A stretch of DNA of 64,000 bases from Mnemiopsis leidyi (taxonomy: Eukaryota), in assembly GCA_048537945.1 (NCBI GenBank), contig CM108483.1, forward strand, positions 9,914,715-9,978,714, written 5' to 3'. The position numbers and the translations under genes are program-made. The notes below the pieces were generated by a model, which saw nothing but the letters and a program-made list of their open reading frames with translations, ran no database searches and was not told where the DNA came from. Positions 24,403-36,879 of the stretch are shown one piece after another (position 1 is the first letter of the stretch; every line of letters starts with the position of its first letter).

Positions 24403-26955
24403 ATGGCTTTCCTCTTCCTTCTTCCATTTCACTTATCTGCGCTTCTCTCTATCGCGTTAAGTGCTGACTTTGTAGACGATGCTCCAATCGAGAGGATATC
24501 GTTCGCGAGCTGTTCTCACCAGGACAAAGAACAGCCGTTGTGGAGCGAGATAGCGCGGTGGGATCCGGACTATTTTATCTGGTTGGGAGATGCTGTCTAC
24601 ACTGACACAAGGATCAGACCTTTGTCCTGGGTAAGACATATTATGAAGGAGATTTTCTTCTGATTTCAGCCCTAAAAAGTGCAAATGGTTGCATTCAGCA
24701 AATCGGTACATTCAGCTAAACTGTGTCGAAATTCATGCCGCCCTAAATTTGTCCAAGATTTTATCTCAGTTACGGCTCGGCTACTGCAATAAAATATCGA
24801 AACTGTCCAAATTTCCCATTCAATCTGTCTGATATTCAGAAGCCGCCGAGCATAGCCCGTTACTCGGAGCAACTTCACAAGATGAAGACTAGTCACGACT
24901 ACCAGTCCTTCCAAAAGAGAAGAACCAAGATTGTTGGAGTCTGGGACGACCACGACTACGGGGTTAACGACGGAGGTGCTTCAGACGAAATTTACACCGC
25001 TGCTGTACAGGTATAGTCATTAAATTCTGGTTTTATCTTATTCTCTGTTTCAATAATTCAGTAAAGTTTCTCAAACTGAAATCTTGAATTTGTCCGCTTA
25101 AGTTAATCTGGAGGAGTGGTAGTTGCAGAGACTTGATTTGTTCTGGTGACAAATTCAGTTGCGCATTCAGCACGGTGGAGTTTTTTGAAGTTATAATATT
25201 ACGAAGTAAATCCATTCTTGCAGAGTAACTTTAATTGCTCGAAATATCGCCAATTATGCCAGATTAATTCTTTTGACAAATCCGTTTTATTGATTCCAGG
25301 ACTCGCCCATTTAATGGAATTTATATCCGTCAATTAATGTTCAATCTATCAACTATCCAGACGTAGCTCTCCCTCAAAAATATGTCATCTCTCTTGCCTG
25401 TGTAGTTAATGTAACGAAACATCACCCACTCAGGACATATTTCTGGATTTTCTGGACGAGCCCGAGAATTCCCCGAGAAGAAAGAGAAGGGGGTTATACG
25501 GTTCTTATCTACTTGGAACTGGAGAAAACAGAGTTAAAGTTATCCTGATAGACCCCAGATCACTGTTAGATAAGGAAAAGAAAAGCGTCCTTGGCGCGGA
25601 GCAGTGGGCTTGGTTGGATAGAGAACTGAGAACGGATCCTACTCAAGTCACCATTTTAGGCACAGGTAAATTGAGGATCAGAGTTAATACCAAATGTTTA
25701 CTTAAATCTGATATTTCTCGTGACCAACCGTGGGTTTAAAAAGAGATTGTCTGCAGCTTGGTAATACCAAAGTATAAATGATGAGCCAAATTTGTTTTTT
25801 CATACTCCAAACAGTTTGGTCTTGCAGGTTTACCACTACTCACAGAACGTACATACCTGGACAAATGGCTGCTTTACCCGCTGGAGCGTGAGCGTCTTCT
25901 TGGCATGATATCCCGCCGCCCCAACACCATCATCATCAGTGGCGACTCCCACTTTGCAGAGCTGCAGTGTGGCAACACTACACGGGGCCCACTTTTTGAG
26001 GTGTGCTGTATACAATGTATATACAATGTACTATACATACACACAGACCAAACCTAATTTCTCCAGACACCTGCCTTTATTTGCTGTTTTCTACCGACCT
26101 GATTACAATGTACTCGTATTTGGTTTCAAATAAAGAAAGAAGAACAGTATGTTTTACCAAATACGAATGAAGTTCGGTCACGTGGTGATCACGCGGTGAT
26201 GCATTAACACATTCTTGTCAGGTACAAAGTAGTGGCATGACGCACAACTGTTTGGATTGGATACCAGATCTACTCTGTAGATACTACATTAAGTATGTGT
26301 CAGAATGTAACGGCTGTATCGTGGAGCCCTTTATCGATCTCAACTTTGGTAAGATCTCCAGGTGCATGCTTGATATGGGATATTACTGTCACATATCATT
26401 AATGATAGGCATTTCAAAGCCTGTTTAATCAAAACAATCAACGTTGAGTGCTCTAAAGGTCACCTTGAAAACACCAAACAGTGCAAACTGATGCAACTTA
26501 CAGGCACAATATCGCTGATGTGGGACACGCCCTTCCCACGTGTAATCCTGGAAGTCCGTGGGAGAGATGGGGTGGAGCTCCATTACCTTGTCGACGTAGG
26601 ATCTGTTGCTGATTCCAGCTGTCCCCCAAAACATCAGGTAAATAGACCCCATGCAGGGTTCGATTCTTCCCACTTTCTGATACCTAGGATTTTGTCTCAA
26701 TATTTCAATTATTGCAGTTTTATAGCTTGATCATTGACGAGACACTAAAATTTCCGATTTTTATCTCTAAAATATTGCTGAGGTCTAAACATTTAACATT
26801 TCTAGGTGGAGTACCAGATAGTCTGGCAGCTATGTGCGGTGGTCATGTTAACCCTAGTTATCATCCTCCTCCTTTATCTCTTCTCATATCTCGCTGTCTC
26901 GCTCTTCGCTCGGATTGTTGTTTACCTTCGCTTCACTAAACCACACAGAGAGTGA
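24403..26955 (+). CDS. PhoD-like metallophosphatase, paralog B, a compact tandem duplicate of paralog A. The gene has 7 exons.
   Basis: Exons are 24403..24630, 24840..25010, 25434..25665, 25828..26000, 26222..26348, 26504..26637 and 26806..26955. All junctions are GT/AG. Intron positions and phases (0,0,1,0,1,0) are identical to paralog A. The protein runs MAFLFLLPFHLSALLSIALSADFVDDAPIERISFASCSHQDKEQPLWSEIARWDPDYFIWLGDAVYTD... ...VWDDHDYGVNDGGASDEIYTAAVQ...SGDSHFAELQCGNTTRGPLFE... and ends in a transmembrane segment. Confidence 0.75.
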
Positions 26956-27066
26956 ATGTGGGTCCCAAATTGTTGGTGATGTGAACTTTGTTCTGGGATT
27001 ATATCAAATTAAATTTTGGGAGAAAATAGCTTATAATAGAGCTAAGGGGGGAATTGTAGCAAACAG

Positions 27067-28703
27067 GGGTTTGTGGCAGCTAGACCAACGGACTGTACAG
27101 TAACCTTAAGCACCTTAACGGGCATCAATTGCACCACTTATTTTTTGATTCTAAGATGACGCATTTTTAAAAATCGCAAAAAGAAAATTTTTCCGAGAAT
27201 TTGGAAATTTTTGGAAATTTACATTGCATGAATAAAACTCAGCCGTTTCTCATTGAATCATGCTGAAAATTAGCACGAATTTTATTTATACCTTTGTAAA
27301 GCAGCTGTGAAAATTTCACGAAAAACTGATAAAAGTTGACTTAATGGCACCCGTCCAAAGTTGCCAAGTCCCAAAAATTTCTTTTTTATGTTAACTAACT
27401 TCGAAAATTTGCACACGCTACTGTGAAGTGTCAAGCACCTTGAAACTTTGCACACAGGTAGAGGACAGCGATAGAAAAATTTTGATGCTATGAAAAGTCT
27501 GTTTCCAAGAAAAGGGGAAAGATTTATAGACACTTGAAATAAAAGTAGCAATTTTTCTGCCAAATTTCAAGTTGAAGACAAAAAATTGTAAGAGCCACCC
27601 TTGAGTTGTCAAAATGCCAGATATAAGGTCACTTTTCACAAACATACTTTATCCGACCCGGGTGTATTGGTTTAGGGCTGTAAATCGGATACTTTTTTAA
27701 GTTTACCATATCAACAATTTGTGTGATTTTTGTATATTTTTCTTTGTTTTGCCTTTTCTGAAAATTTTGAACAATTTTCATGGTCATATTTGAATTCTAT
27801 GCTTAAAAATAGTCTAAGAACGTGTGTCATAACAATCTTTGTGACTAATGAGTTTTTCTTAAAAATTCTCGATTTCGAACACAAGGGGGGACCCTTGCAA
27901 AAGATTTTTCTTTTGAGTAAGAAAATTTTTATCTTTGTATTGTTGTGAAAGAGACCTCTTTAGCTAATTTCGACCAAAAAATACGTTTGCCGAGGTCTAA
28001 AATAGTCTTAAATGAAAGATGTATGCGCTAGAGAACAATAGTTGTCCAAGAGTGACAAAATATGGTAGAGTTAAAATGTATCTGCTATTATATTTTAAGC
28101 CCAAAACCAATACACCCGGGTCGGATAAAGTATGTTTGTAAAGAGTGACCTTATATCTGGCATTTAGACAACTCAAGGGTGGCTCTTACAATTTTTTGTC
28201 TTCAACTTGAAATTTGGCAGAAAAATTGCTACTTTTATTTCAAGTGTCCATAGATCTTTCCCCTTTTCTTGGAAACAGACTTTTCATTGCATCAAAATTC
28301 TTCTATCGATGTCCTCTACCTGTGTGCAAAGTTTCAAGGTGCTTGACACTTCACAGTAGCGTGTGCAATTTTTCAAAGTTAGTTAACATAAAAAAGAAAT
28401 TTTTGGGACTTGGCAACTTTGGACGAGTGCCATTAAGTCAACTTTTATCAGTTTTTCGTGAAATTTTCACAGCTGCTTAACAAAGGTATAAATAAAATTC
28501 GTGCTAATTTTCAGCATGATTCAATGAGGAACGGCGGAGTTTTATTCATGCAATGTAAATTTCCAAAAAATTCCAAATTCTCGGAAAAATTTTCTTTTTG
28601 CGATTTTCAAAAATGCGTCATCTTAGAATCAAAAAATAAGTGGTGTAATTGATGCCCGTTAGGGTGCTTTAGGTTCCTGTACAGTCAGATGGTCTAGCTA
28701 AAT
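27067..28703. mobile_element. Foldback element of about 1.6 kb with inverted arms of about 600 bp around a unique core of about 400 bp, directly 3' of PhoD paralog B.
   Basis: 27067..27690 is the reverse complement of 28085..28703. ORFs 27282..27563 (-) and 28214..28480 (+) give the same peptide MAEKLLLLFQVSI(N/D)LSPFLGNRLF..., which is the arm sequence read twice. Confidence 0.8.
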
Positions 28704-31700
28704 TTTTACAATTCCCCCTTAAAGTGCTCTTTATTATTTCATGTTGGTCACTGTACGTTTTAGTGTAAGACAAGCTGAAACATAAACTCAACATCAGCTG
28801 GAGTTTCTCGTTATTGAACATGTTCATAGGTTTGATCCTTATTATTTTGTAATTTTATCGTGACCTTATCCGCTAATAATTTTTACCTAAATACTGATCG
28901 TTCATTGCATGATTTAATGGCTGTACAGTAACGCTAATCTTGTGAAGTAACCGTTTGTCAAATTTTTCGCATTTTTCGTTGGACCTTCAAGTTTTAACGA
29001 TTGTATCATTAACTTTCTTACTTCGTTTCGTGATAGTATCTTTGTACGAACTACGACCTTTTTACTCAGACAATTCAGAGACCAGTGTTTATTTTGTGTT
29101 TGCTTATACAGATTTATAAGTTTTATTTGAATTGATTGCGCCGCAACATCTTATAAATTTAACGATATTTTTTAGATTCAGCGTGCTTAATTTAAGTTAC
29201 TAACGGTAGGTATTATGAAAAGGGTCCGAAAGTGCTAAAGGGAATCTGGACCCAAAATAACGGAGATGAAATACGCCAATACCCTAAAAATTGTTGTGCA
29301 GATTAATAATTACTGTATTACTCGAGGAAGTTGTTTATGAGAGCAATTTACAGTGACACAGTCCTCAAGAATCTATTTCATTCTAGAATGAAGATCTACG
29401 GTAATGGACAAACTGCGTGTTGAAAATTCACTATTTACAGCGAAGTTTTAATGAATGTCGTTAAACAATATGTTAATTTTTCTTCTTCACCTCCAATGGG
29501 ACTGTGCCTCTGGATTCTGGAGCGGCTTAATTTATTACTGTATTATAATCACTTTTATGTTAGGGTTTTGTAGGTTAATATTCCAGCAATTTATTCGGAC
29601 TGTAAATTGTTATATTTGATTTGATAATTTGATGTTTTTGCATGTCAGTATTAAGTGTTATGTTATTTCTCAATTAATATCCATGCAATAAAGTTAGTTA
29701 ATAACTTGTTTTACTGCTAATATTTTATCTGATAATCACTTACAAGTACAGAGTAGTCTAGGGAGTTAAAATTGATTATAGAACAAACTGAGCACTGATA
29801 GAAGCATGAGATTTATTGACATTTGCATCATCTTATTTACACTACACTTCTTGCACTTACGCTATATATGGTGTAGTGGTAGTGTATGTTGGACTGCTGA
29901 CATCAAGCTTATTTATATCTCACTGATACGTGAAGAGTTAAGAACGTCCAAAATTTCTTTGCTTATTTACTATCCTTGATGAATAATTTTAACTTTTTTG
30001 AAGTCGAACCGAGGACTGAAGATGTAATAAAACTAGACTGAAGGGCTAGGGTAGTAGGGAAAGACTCTTCTTTGCAACTTAAACTCCCGTACAGTGTACA
30101 CCGTATTCGAGAGGTTTTATCTTGATTTGTCGTGCGAGTGTGTGATTGTGTGTACAAATGTTTTATGAAACAGCATCACTGTCACAATTAATGTTTACCA
30201 GACACTGTGGCGGTTTAGTTCGTCACATGTGACATATCTTACGGCGGTTAAAATTTAGTGAGTCCACTTTTTCCATCGAGCTGAGTCCGTTGCCATGGAA
30301 ACACTACAAATTTGGTTAAAGTTATTCACATATCGTCAGACTATTGAAATATTGTCCGGATCTGACGAGCAAACTTCGTCTGAAAAGTCAAAATTTTGAG
30401 TATTCACGTTTGCAGAGTTAGAATTATTTGACATTGGAACAATGGCCACACAATTTAAATCATCTTTTCAGTCTTTTGGAATACAAATGGGTATACAAAT
30501 TATCCACTAGAATTACTTAAATTTTACTAATATTGCAGTAGAATGAAGGGAAATATTTGTCCATTTTTGTACTAATTTAGTCGTGTCTCGTTCGGTACTG
30601 ACATTAAATACTTAGTATTGATTGTCGCCTACTAAAAAGGATTAAGAATATGATGAGTCGCAAGATGATGCCCTGGCTTTAGATCCAATCTCTGGAGTTA
30701 GCATGATAACAGACCAGTCGATATGCAATTATAAACTTTTTATGATGCTCGTTCCATTTGTGAAAATCTGGGACAACACATTTATCTGCTAGAACTGAAC
30801 GACTATGTGAATAGAACGAAATTAACGGCCACTTAGTTTGCTAAAAATGTAGAGTTTTTCAGCTTCGTACCAGTGCTGAGCAGATAAAAATTAGATTTTT
30901 TGAGGAACTATGCAAAATTGAAGCTGCATTTTGCAGTGTCGCGTTTCAAATTGTCTGTAAACATGTATGTAGGTAGTTCACAGTCAATACATAAAAATTT
31001 GAATTGCATTTAGAATCACGCATCAGTGGTTTTGTCATTTACCGAAATAGAAAGACAGAATTTTTTGTACTATAACAAAAGGAATATCGATCAGAAATTA
31101 GCTTCAACAGATTAAACGGACACTATTGAAATTATATGCTCTATTTTGTGGTATATTTAGTTGATGCTTACATGATATGGCATATAGTATTTGCTTTTGA
31201 TATTAATGAAAACAGCAAAATGATGAAAGCAACAACTCAAATTGTCACTCTTTAAGTGGGTTCAACTCAAAGAAAGTGGGTGTAAGCAAATTTCCCACAA
31301 TTCCTTTCTAAAGAAATCTCTGACATTGTCCTTTTCTTTTACTTAAGTTAGATTAAATTGTTCACCTGGACCAGTTGTCTCGTATCTGATTAGTTTAGAC
31401 CGTTAACAGATTTAGATAAATTACTGTCACTCCCCTAAATACGATTTATACCATGAAAATGGATTACGTCCCAGCAGTTGCTCCAAACTTAGTAAAGGGG
31501 GCTTTAATGGCGTGAAAGTACAGAGAAATCAGGCAATTTTACTCTGCATCGGGAAATATAGCGTTAAAATTAGATTTTGATTCTATGTACCAACCACGAC
31601 TCTAGCATTTGGTAGGCTCCTGCTAAGCTGAACTGACGAATATATATCAGGGTGCCGACAATTTCAGGTTGATTTAATCTTAAGATTTCTTATACCGAGA

Positions 31701-31761
31701 GGTTGCTATTCAGATCAGCAATTATCAAATTATAGTTAGTCACAGTTATTCCACCAATAGG

Positions 31762-32514
31762 ATGATTCTCTCTCAAGTTGGTAGAAGATGCTCAAGAGCA
31801 TGCACCCTTCTCGGGTCGGGCCACAGCCCCCTGAGGTCACGTGACTTCCAGCTCCCAGATCACAACTCTAGACCCTTGTCCTTGATGTCTAAAATACCGT
31901 TCCTCGGAAAAGGCAAGTCTGAGGACAAAGATCACTTCGAGAGTGCCGTCACTAATAGATCTGAAGACTGGTAAGATGTAATTCTCGTTAAAAATGGTTT
32001 GTAAAAATGTAAAGTTTGAGCCCTATTATAATCACCAATCCGTTGTATACATCACTTTATAAACTTAAAAGATTAATAATTATGATAGTTTGTTTGCTAT
32101 CCCACTCACTGTCCCATGTTAATACAGCTCAAAATTTTCAATTATTTCATGAACTTGAGTTTACAAAAATTCAATATTGTCAGGTTCGAACAAGAACTGC
32201 CGACGGAAGACCACATCGAACAAGTCATGTTTCCTCTGGCACTGCAACTTCTTGGTGCCAGCGAGGAAGGATGGCGCAGTGCAACATTCCCTGATCTAGC
32301 AAGCAAGTTTCAGTTTCTCACTGCCTGTATTGAGCAGTTTGAGAGAGACATACCTAGTTCCGAACTGACATATCTCGCCTCTGTAGAGGACGTCATCAGA
32401 TATTACCAGACCCCAGTTGTGCGGCCCAAGTATATCGAACTGAGACCTCAGTCTTTGCCTTTGAATGTGAAAATTGTGATGGATAGTATCAAAAAGCCTT
32501 TAGATCAGTCTTGA
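31762..32514 (+). CDS. MRPL50: Mitochondrial ribosomal protein L50-like gene, 2 exons. The start codon is uncertain.
   Basis: Exons are 31762..31970 (donor GTAAGA, phase 2) and 32184..32514. The C-terminal region DLASKFQFLTACIEQFERDIPSSELTYLASVEDVIRYYQTPVV...LPLNVKI is collinear with MRPL50 as I remember it (..[50 protein letters not shown]). The start could be Met at 31762 or a downstream Met near 31884. Confidence 0.55.
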
Positions 32515-32772
32515 ATTGGAGAAATCATATAATCGGTTTTTATTTGTTACTCAAGTTGTCAGTAGAATTTTACGAGATGATAGAAGAATAAATTTTGTTT
32601 GATGAGACTTGGAGTTACTGGTTGTTTATTTTTATAAACCTTAACCTAAATTTCGTTTAAATACACTGCCTACTTTAATTTAACAGAATTTACTCATGAT
32701 ACCTAGTCAAAATTATGACAAATTTAAAGTTGAATCTAATGAAAGAAAGTCAAGAACCCTTTAATGTTACAG

Positions 32773-34232
32773 TCATTTCCTGAGTCAGTTGAAACAAAAT
32801 TTTCCGGATATTTGTATTGATCTTGTGAAGCTAACTTTCAGGTAATGTCTTTACTCTCACATTTTTGTCGTCGTATCAGACTGACAGGACCAATCAGCGT
32901 GGGGGAGTTGATGCAGGATGTTATCATGGACCCAAAACACGGATATTATCCCCAGGTTAGTTGTTGAGCTCAACATCTTAAGAGCAGGACACAACTATTT
33001 CTCCTAAAAGTACGATATTGTTGCTGACTTGAACTGTGGGGACGTTATATCTTAATCAGATGTTTTTCTATGATAATATCCGTTCGAGATGTATCTTATG
33101 TTACAAAACTTTGTGTAAGAGAAAAACAAGTCTTATTAAAGTACTATCCTCTCAGGCTGCACGTATTGGACACAAGGGAGACTTTATAACGGCTCCGGAG
33201 CTTACCCCAGTTTTTGGAGAGATAATCGGCGCTTGGTCGCTCCTCTATTGGCAACAAGCCCAGCTTCCCATCAATGTTCACTTTACGGAGCTAGGACCGG
33301 GCAGGGGCACCCTCATGAGGGACATCATTGACACTGTCGGCATCATTGGTCCTGCTTTCTTTGGCAAAGCTCCAAAATTATCAGCCAGTCTGATTGAAAT
33401 AAGCGAACAGTTCATCGCTGAGCAAGAAAAGTTGCTTTGTGGGAACGTGCGAAACCCGATAACTCCCCAGCAAATATTTGACAATCCTAACTACCTGACT
33501 AGAACTGGTCTACACAAAGCTAGGTTTAAGTGGTACTCCATGTTGGACCACTTACCGGACGACAGGCCCACGTTGTACGTAATGAACGAGTTTTTAGACG
33601 CGCTCCCTGTCAACCAATTTCAGAAAACCGAGGAGAAGGGCTGGGTTGAGATTATGGTGGACGTTGAGAAAGATGAGAACAAACTTTTCTATACAACGTA
33701 TAAAACTGGGCGAAGTATTAAGGTTGATCAGGACAAGGATTATGCAAAATTACCGGTTGGAACTCAAATCGAACATTCGCCGATGTCGGGAAAAGTCGTC
33801 ACTGCGTTGTCGGAGCGCATAGCTAAATCCGGTGGTGCTGCCTTGATCATAGACTACGGAGAGGACCAAATGAGCACTGAACTGACTTTTAGAGCTTTCA
33901 AAAACCACCAGCAAGTCAACCCACTGGAAGATCTTGGACTGTGCGATTTAACAGCCGATGTTAATTTTAGAGACTTGAAAAAGTCAATAGCTGAGGTCGA
34001 CGGAGTAAAAGCACATGGTCCAATTACTCAATCGTCCTTCCTTACCCTTATGGGAATAGGGGAGAGATTTAGACAGCTGTATTCCCGCGTGCCAGAAGAG
34101 AAACAAGACAGCATTATACACGCCCATAATTTCCTGTGTAGTCCTGAAGAAATGGGAGATCGGTTTAAAGTCCTCTGTGTAACGCGAGAATCTGATCCTG
34201 TTCCTTTCTGTTTTGAGGGAGCTTCTTCTTGA
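32773..34232 (+). CDS. NDUFAF7: NDUFAF7 (MidA-type protein arginine methyltransferase, complex I assembly factor). The model is 5'-incomplete. A single 1077-nt exon encodes most of the protein.
   Basis: Exons are 32773..32841 (tentative, phase 2 in and out), 32880..32955 (..LTGPISVGELMQDVIMDPKHGYYPQ) and 33156..34232 (ARIGHKGDFITAPELTPVFGEIIGAWSLLYWQ...VHFTELGPGRGTLMRDII...ALIIDYGED...DLTADVNF...). Signature motifs GDFITAPE and ELGPGRGTL are present. The exon holding the start codon and mitochondrial presequence was not located. Confidence 0.75.
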
Positions 34233-36879
34233 TACTTTTTAGTGTGGAATCAAGCCTTTTTCTGTGTGAATTATGCATGTAAGTACGGCTTTGTTTTTTA
34301 TTTTGAAGTTTCTCTAGACAATAAATTATTTCTCTTTTCTCTTTGCAATGCACCACAGTCCACAGTAAAACATCACAATATGCAATAATTGTAAACCAGT
34401 GTTGCTTCCGAGAAAGTCGCATTGGGTTTCTAATTGCATACTCAATACTGCAAGTCTATTCTAAATCTAGTTGGATCACTATCACTTACATGAATGTTAA
34501 GAGACCCACCTCATTGACCCGCCATCAGATCATTCTAGCAACTGGAATGGAGCGCGCTTACGTTTATTGCCTGATGAGTAGCATTTCATATCACGCGACA
34601 TCTTTTAAACACTGTTGTAGAAATAATGAACACGAGTTTCGTAAACGTCTACAGAAGCTGCCTTGCTTACTGCCGCTTACTTTGAAACAGGCCCGCGACG
34701 TCAGGCTCTTTCACTTGGTATTGATATCTTGACAAAAAACGAGTAGAACTTAGAAATAGCTCGAAATTTCAAATTAAGATGAAGTGCTCAGTAATGCACC
34801 GCTCTGTAGCTTCACTCGTTTTGTTGGTATGATGAAATTGCCCTCGTATCAAGATACACAAACGTTTGATTAAGCTAATAATTATGCTTTAATTCAAGAA
34901 AAGAAGATGGAAGTAGCAAAGCTCTTATGCAATAATAAGAGATATGTTGATGATCTGGCAACCATAAACTATCTGTATTTCCATTACATTATCAAGGATA
35001 TATATCCTCAACCGTTGGAGATGGAAAGAGCCGGGAATAACAGCAAAAACATCATCTATCTAGACTTTAACATCAATATGTCAAATAAAGGTTTTCAAAA
35101 CTGATGACTTAAATTTTCATCTAGTATCACTTACCTTCCCTCACGGCAATATTCCTTTAGAAATGAGTTATAACGTCTTTTTTAGTCAGATACTACGTTC
35201 TGATATCATATGTACCAGCTTTGATTTATTAACACCTTATATTCATAGAATGTTTACGATACTTGTTAACAGGCGTTATAATAGGCTGATTATTGTAAAA
35301 ATATACGACGTTGTTTAAGGAATTAAAACTCTGTTTTAAGAAAATTCGGAATAAATGACTATACGTTTATTAATAACAATCATCCATTATTTCATTCTAT
35401 TTCAGACTGTGTTTTATCCATGTAGCCCTGTAAATACGTGGTTAAATTTTATTAATTTTATTAATTTGGTCTCTTTAGATCAAGGAAACCCATTCAAGGA
35501 AACCCATCCAGCTAAACTTATTCAGTCCTTAAATCTGGGTGAATATGCGTATCACTAATACCATGTATTAAACCTAGTTTAGGTCTACTAAGTGAATATG
35601 TGCGAACGTGTCCCATTTTTCTTGGTTAACAGTTCGAAGCCCAAGTTATCATTGTTGATCATAGTCAATACTTTTTTATTTCTCCTTCACCCTTGTTATT
35701 CGTCTCATTCAATTGTTGCTCTTTTTACTCCTTCAGCTCTTACTTCAAGCAAACAACCTACACCAAATGGTTAATTACAACATGAATTGGGAGGCGGATC
35801 GTTGACGCGTCGTTAAATCGATTGAACACCGCAACTCTAGTCGAAAGCCTGGGACCACTTAATAAACCTTAAGTCCAAAAAGACACCATAAGATCAACAA
35901 GAAGAAGAACTGGACAGTTTACACTGCTTGTTGTCAAACTGACGGTCTTTCCCGACTGACTGACCATACATTTTGCTCCTTTTTTTACATTGGTTACAAA
36001 GATTAGTTGATTTTTGCCTATATTTAATATTACATATTTATGTCTAGTTCTCTGAGATTTCTCCCACAATATGCTAAAAGCCAAATAAGACACATCAATT
36101 ATTGATTCTTCTGAAAAACAAAATATAAGATGTCACAACAGACGTGATAAATATCAAGAAACTTCGAGACTGGTTGGGTTGTTGATTATCGGACTAAATC
36201 ACAATTGACTCAATCACTAACAATCGCAAAATATTACTACAGTTAGTGTTATAGGTTAGGCCTAGGGCTCATTTTCGGAATTTTGGGAATACAGATAATA
36301 TTTTTCTTCAGACCCCCTCCCGTCTTATCATTTATCAACCGTGATTGTGGCCCGATCTGCAATCGCCATTCCTAATAATTAACACGCCCCTCCCCCTATA
36401 TACTAACTAATATCTGAACATCAAAACAGATAGGGAATGAGAACTTTATTCAGGGTTTGTAAGGAGCCGTACTGGTATTAAGTAGTCAAACTTTGATCTT
36501 GGAAAGCAGGCCAATTTCATACTGACGTTTCTATGAACTTTTTTTTTACTTACTGTAAGAGGCATAGTCACCAAATATGTATTGAAATTATATCTGGTGT
36601 GTTGGTTTTGGCGAGATGGGGTACAGAAACTGTTCCGTGATATGATTTAAGAAAAATTTTGTGATGTGGTATGAAAAAGATCTAAGCGACCTATAGGGAA
36701 ACACGTGACTGTTTTGCAAGTCCGGTCAACTGTGTGTGGTTTAACACTGTCAATAGTCATCTCTACTAAGAAAGCGTTTTGAATTAATCAATTATATCAA
36801 GATGAATACAGATGTTGGCGTCTGATTCAGAGACACGCGAAACAGATGAATATTATGAAAAAAATATTCTCAGTTGGCA

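Noticed and set aside
26640-26680. A tRNA-like T-arm sequence (gcagggttcgattcttccc).
   Set aside because: It lies at the exon 6 donor and intron of PhoD paralog B, and no acceptor stem, D-arm or anticodon arm can be folded around it.
27282-28480. Two ORFs of 88 to 93 aa encode the same peptide (MAEKLLLLFQVSI..) on opposite strands (27282..27563 - and 28214..28480 +).
   Set aside because: They are the two arms of a foldback inverted repeat read in the same sense. The peptide has no recognisable domain and low complexity, so it is a symmetry artefact, not a duplicated gene.
31840-31855. CACGTG E-box palindromes (ggtcacgtgactt at 31843, gtcacgtgac at 40184, ccacgtgacc at 63669) as regulatory sites.
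   Set aside because: A 6-bp palindrome is expected by chance several times in 64 kb. Without conservation or expression data it cannot be called regulatory.
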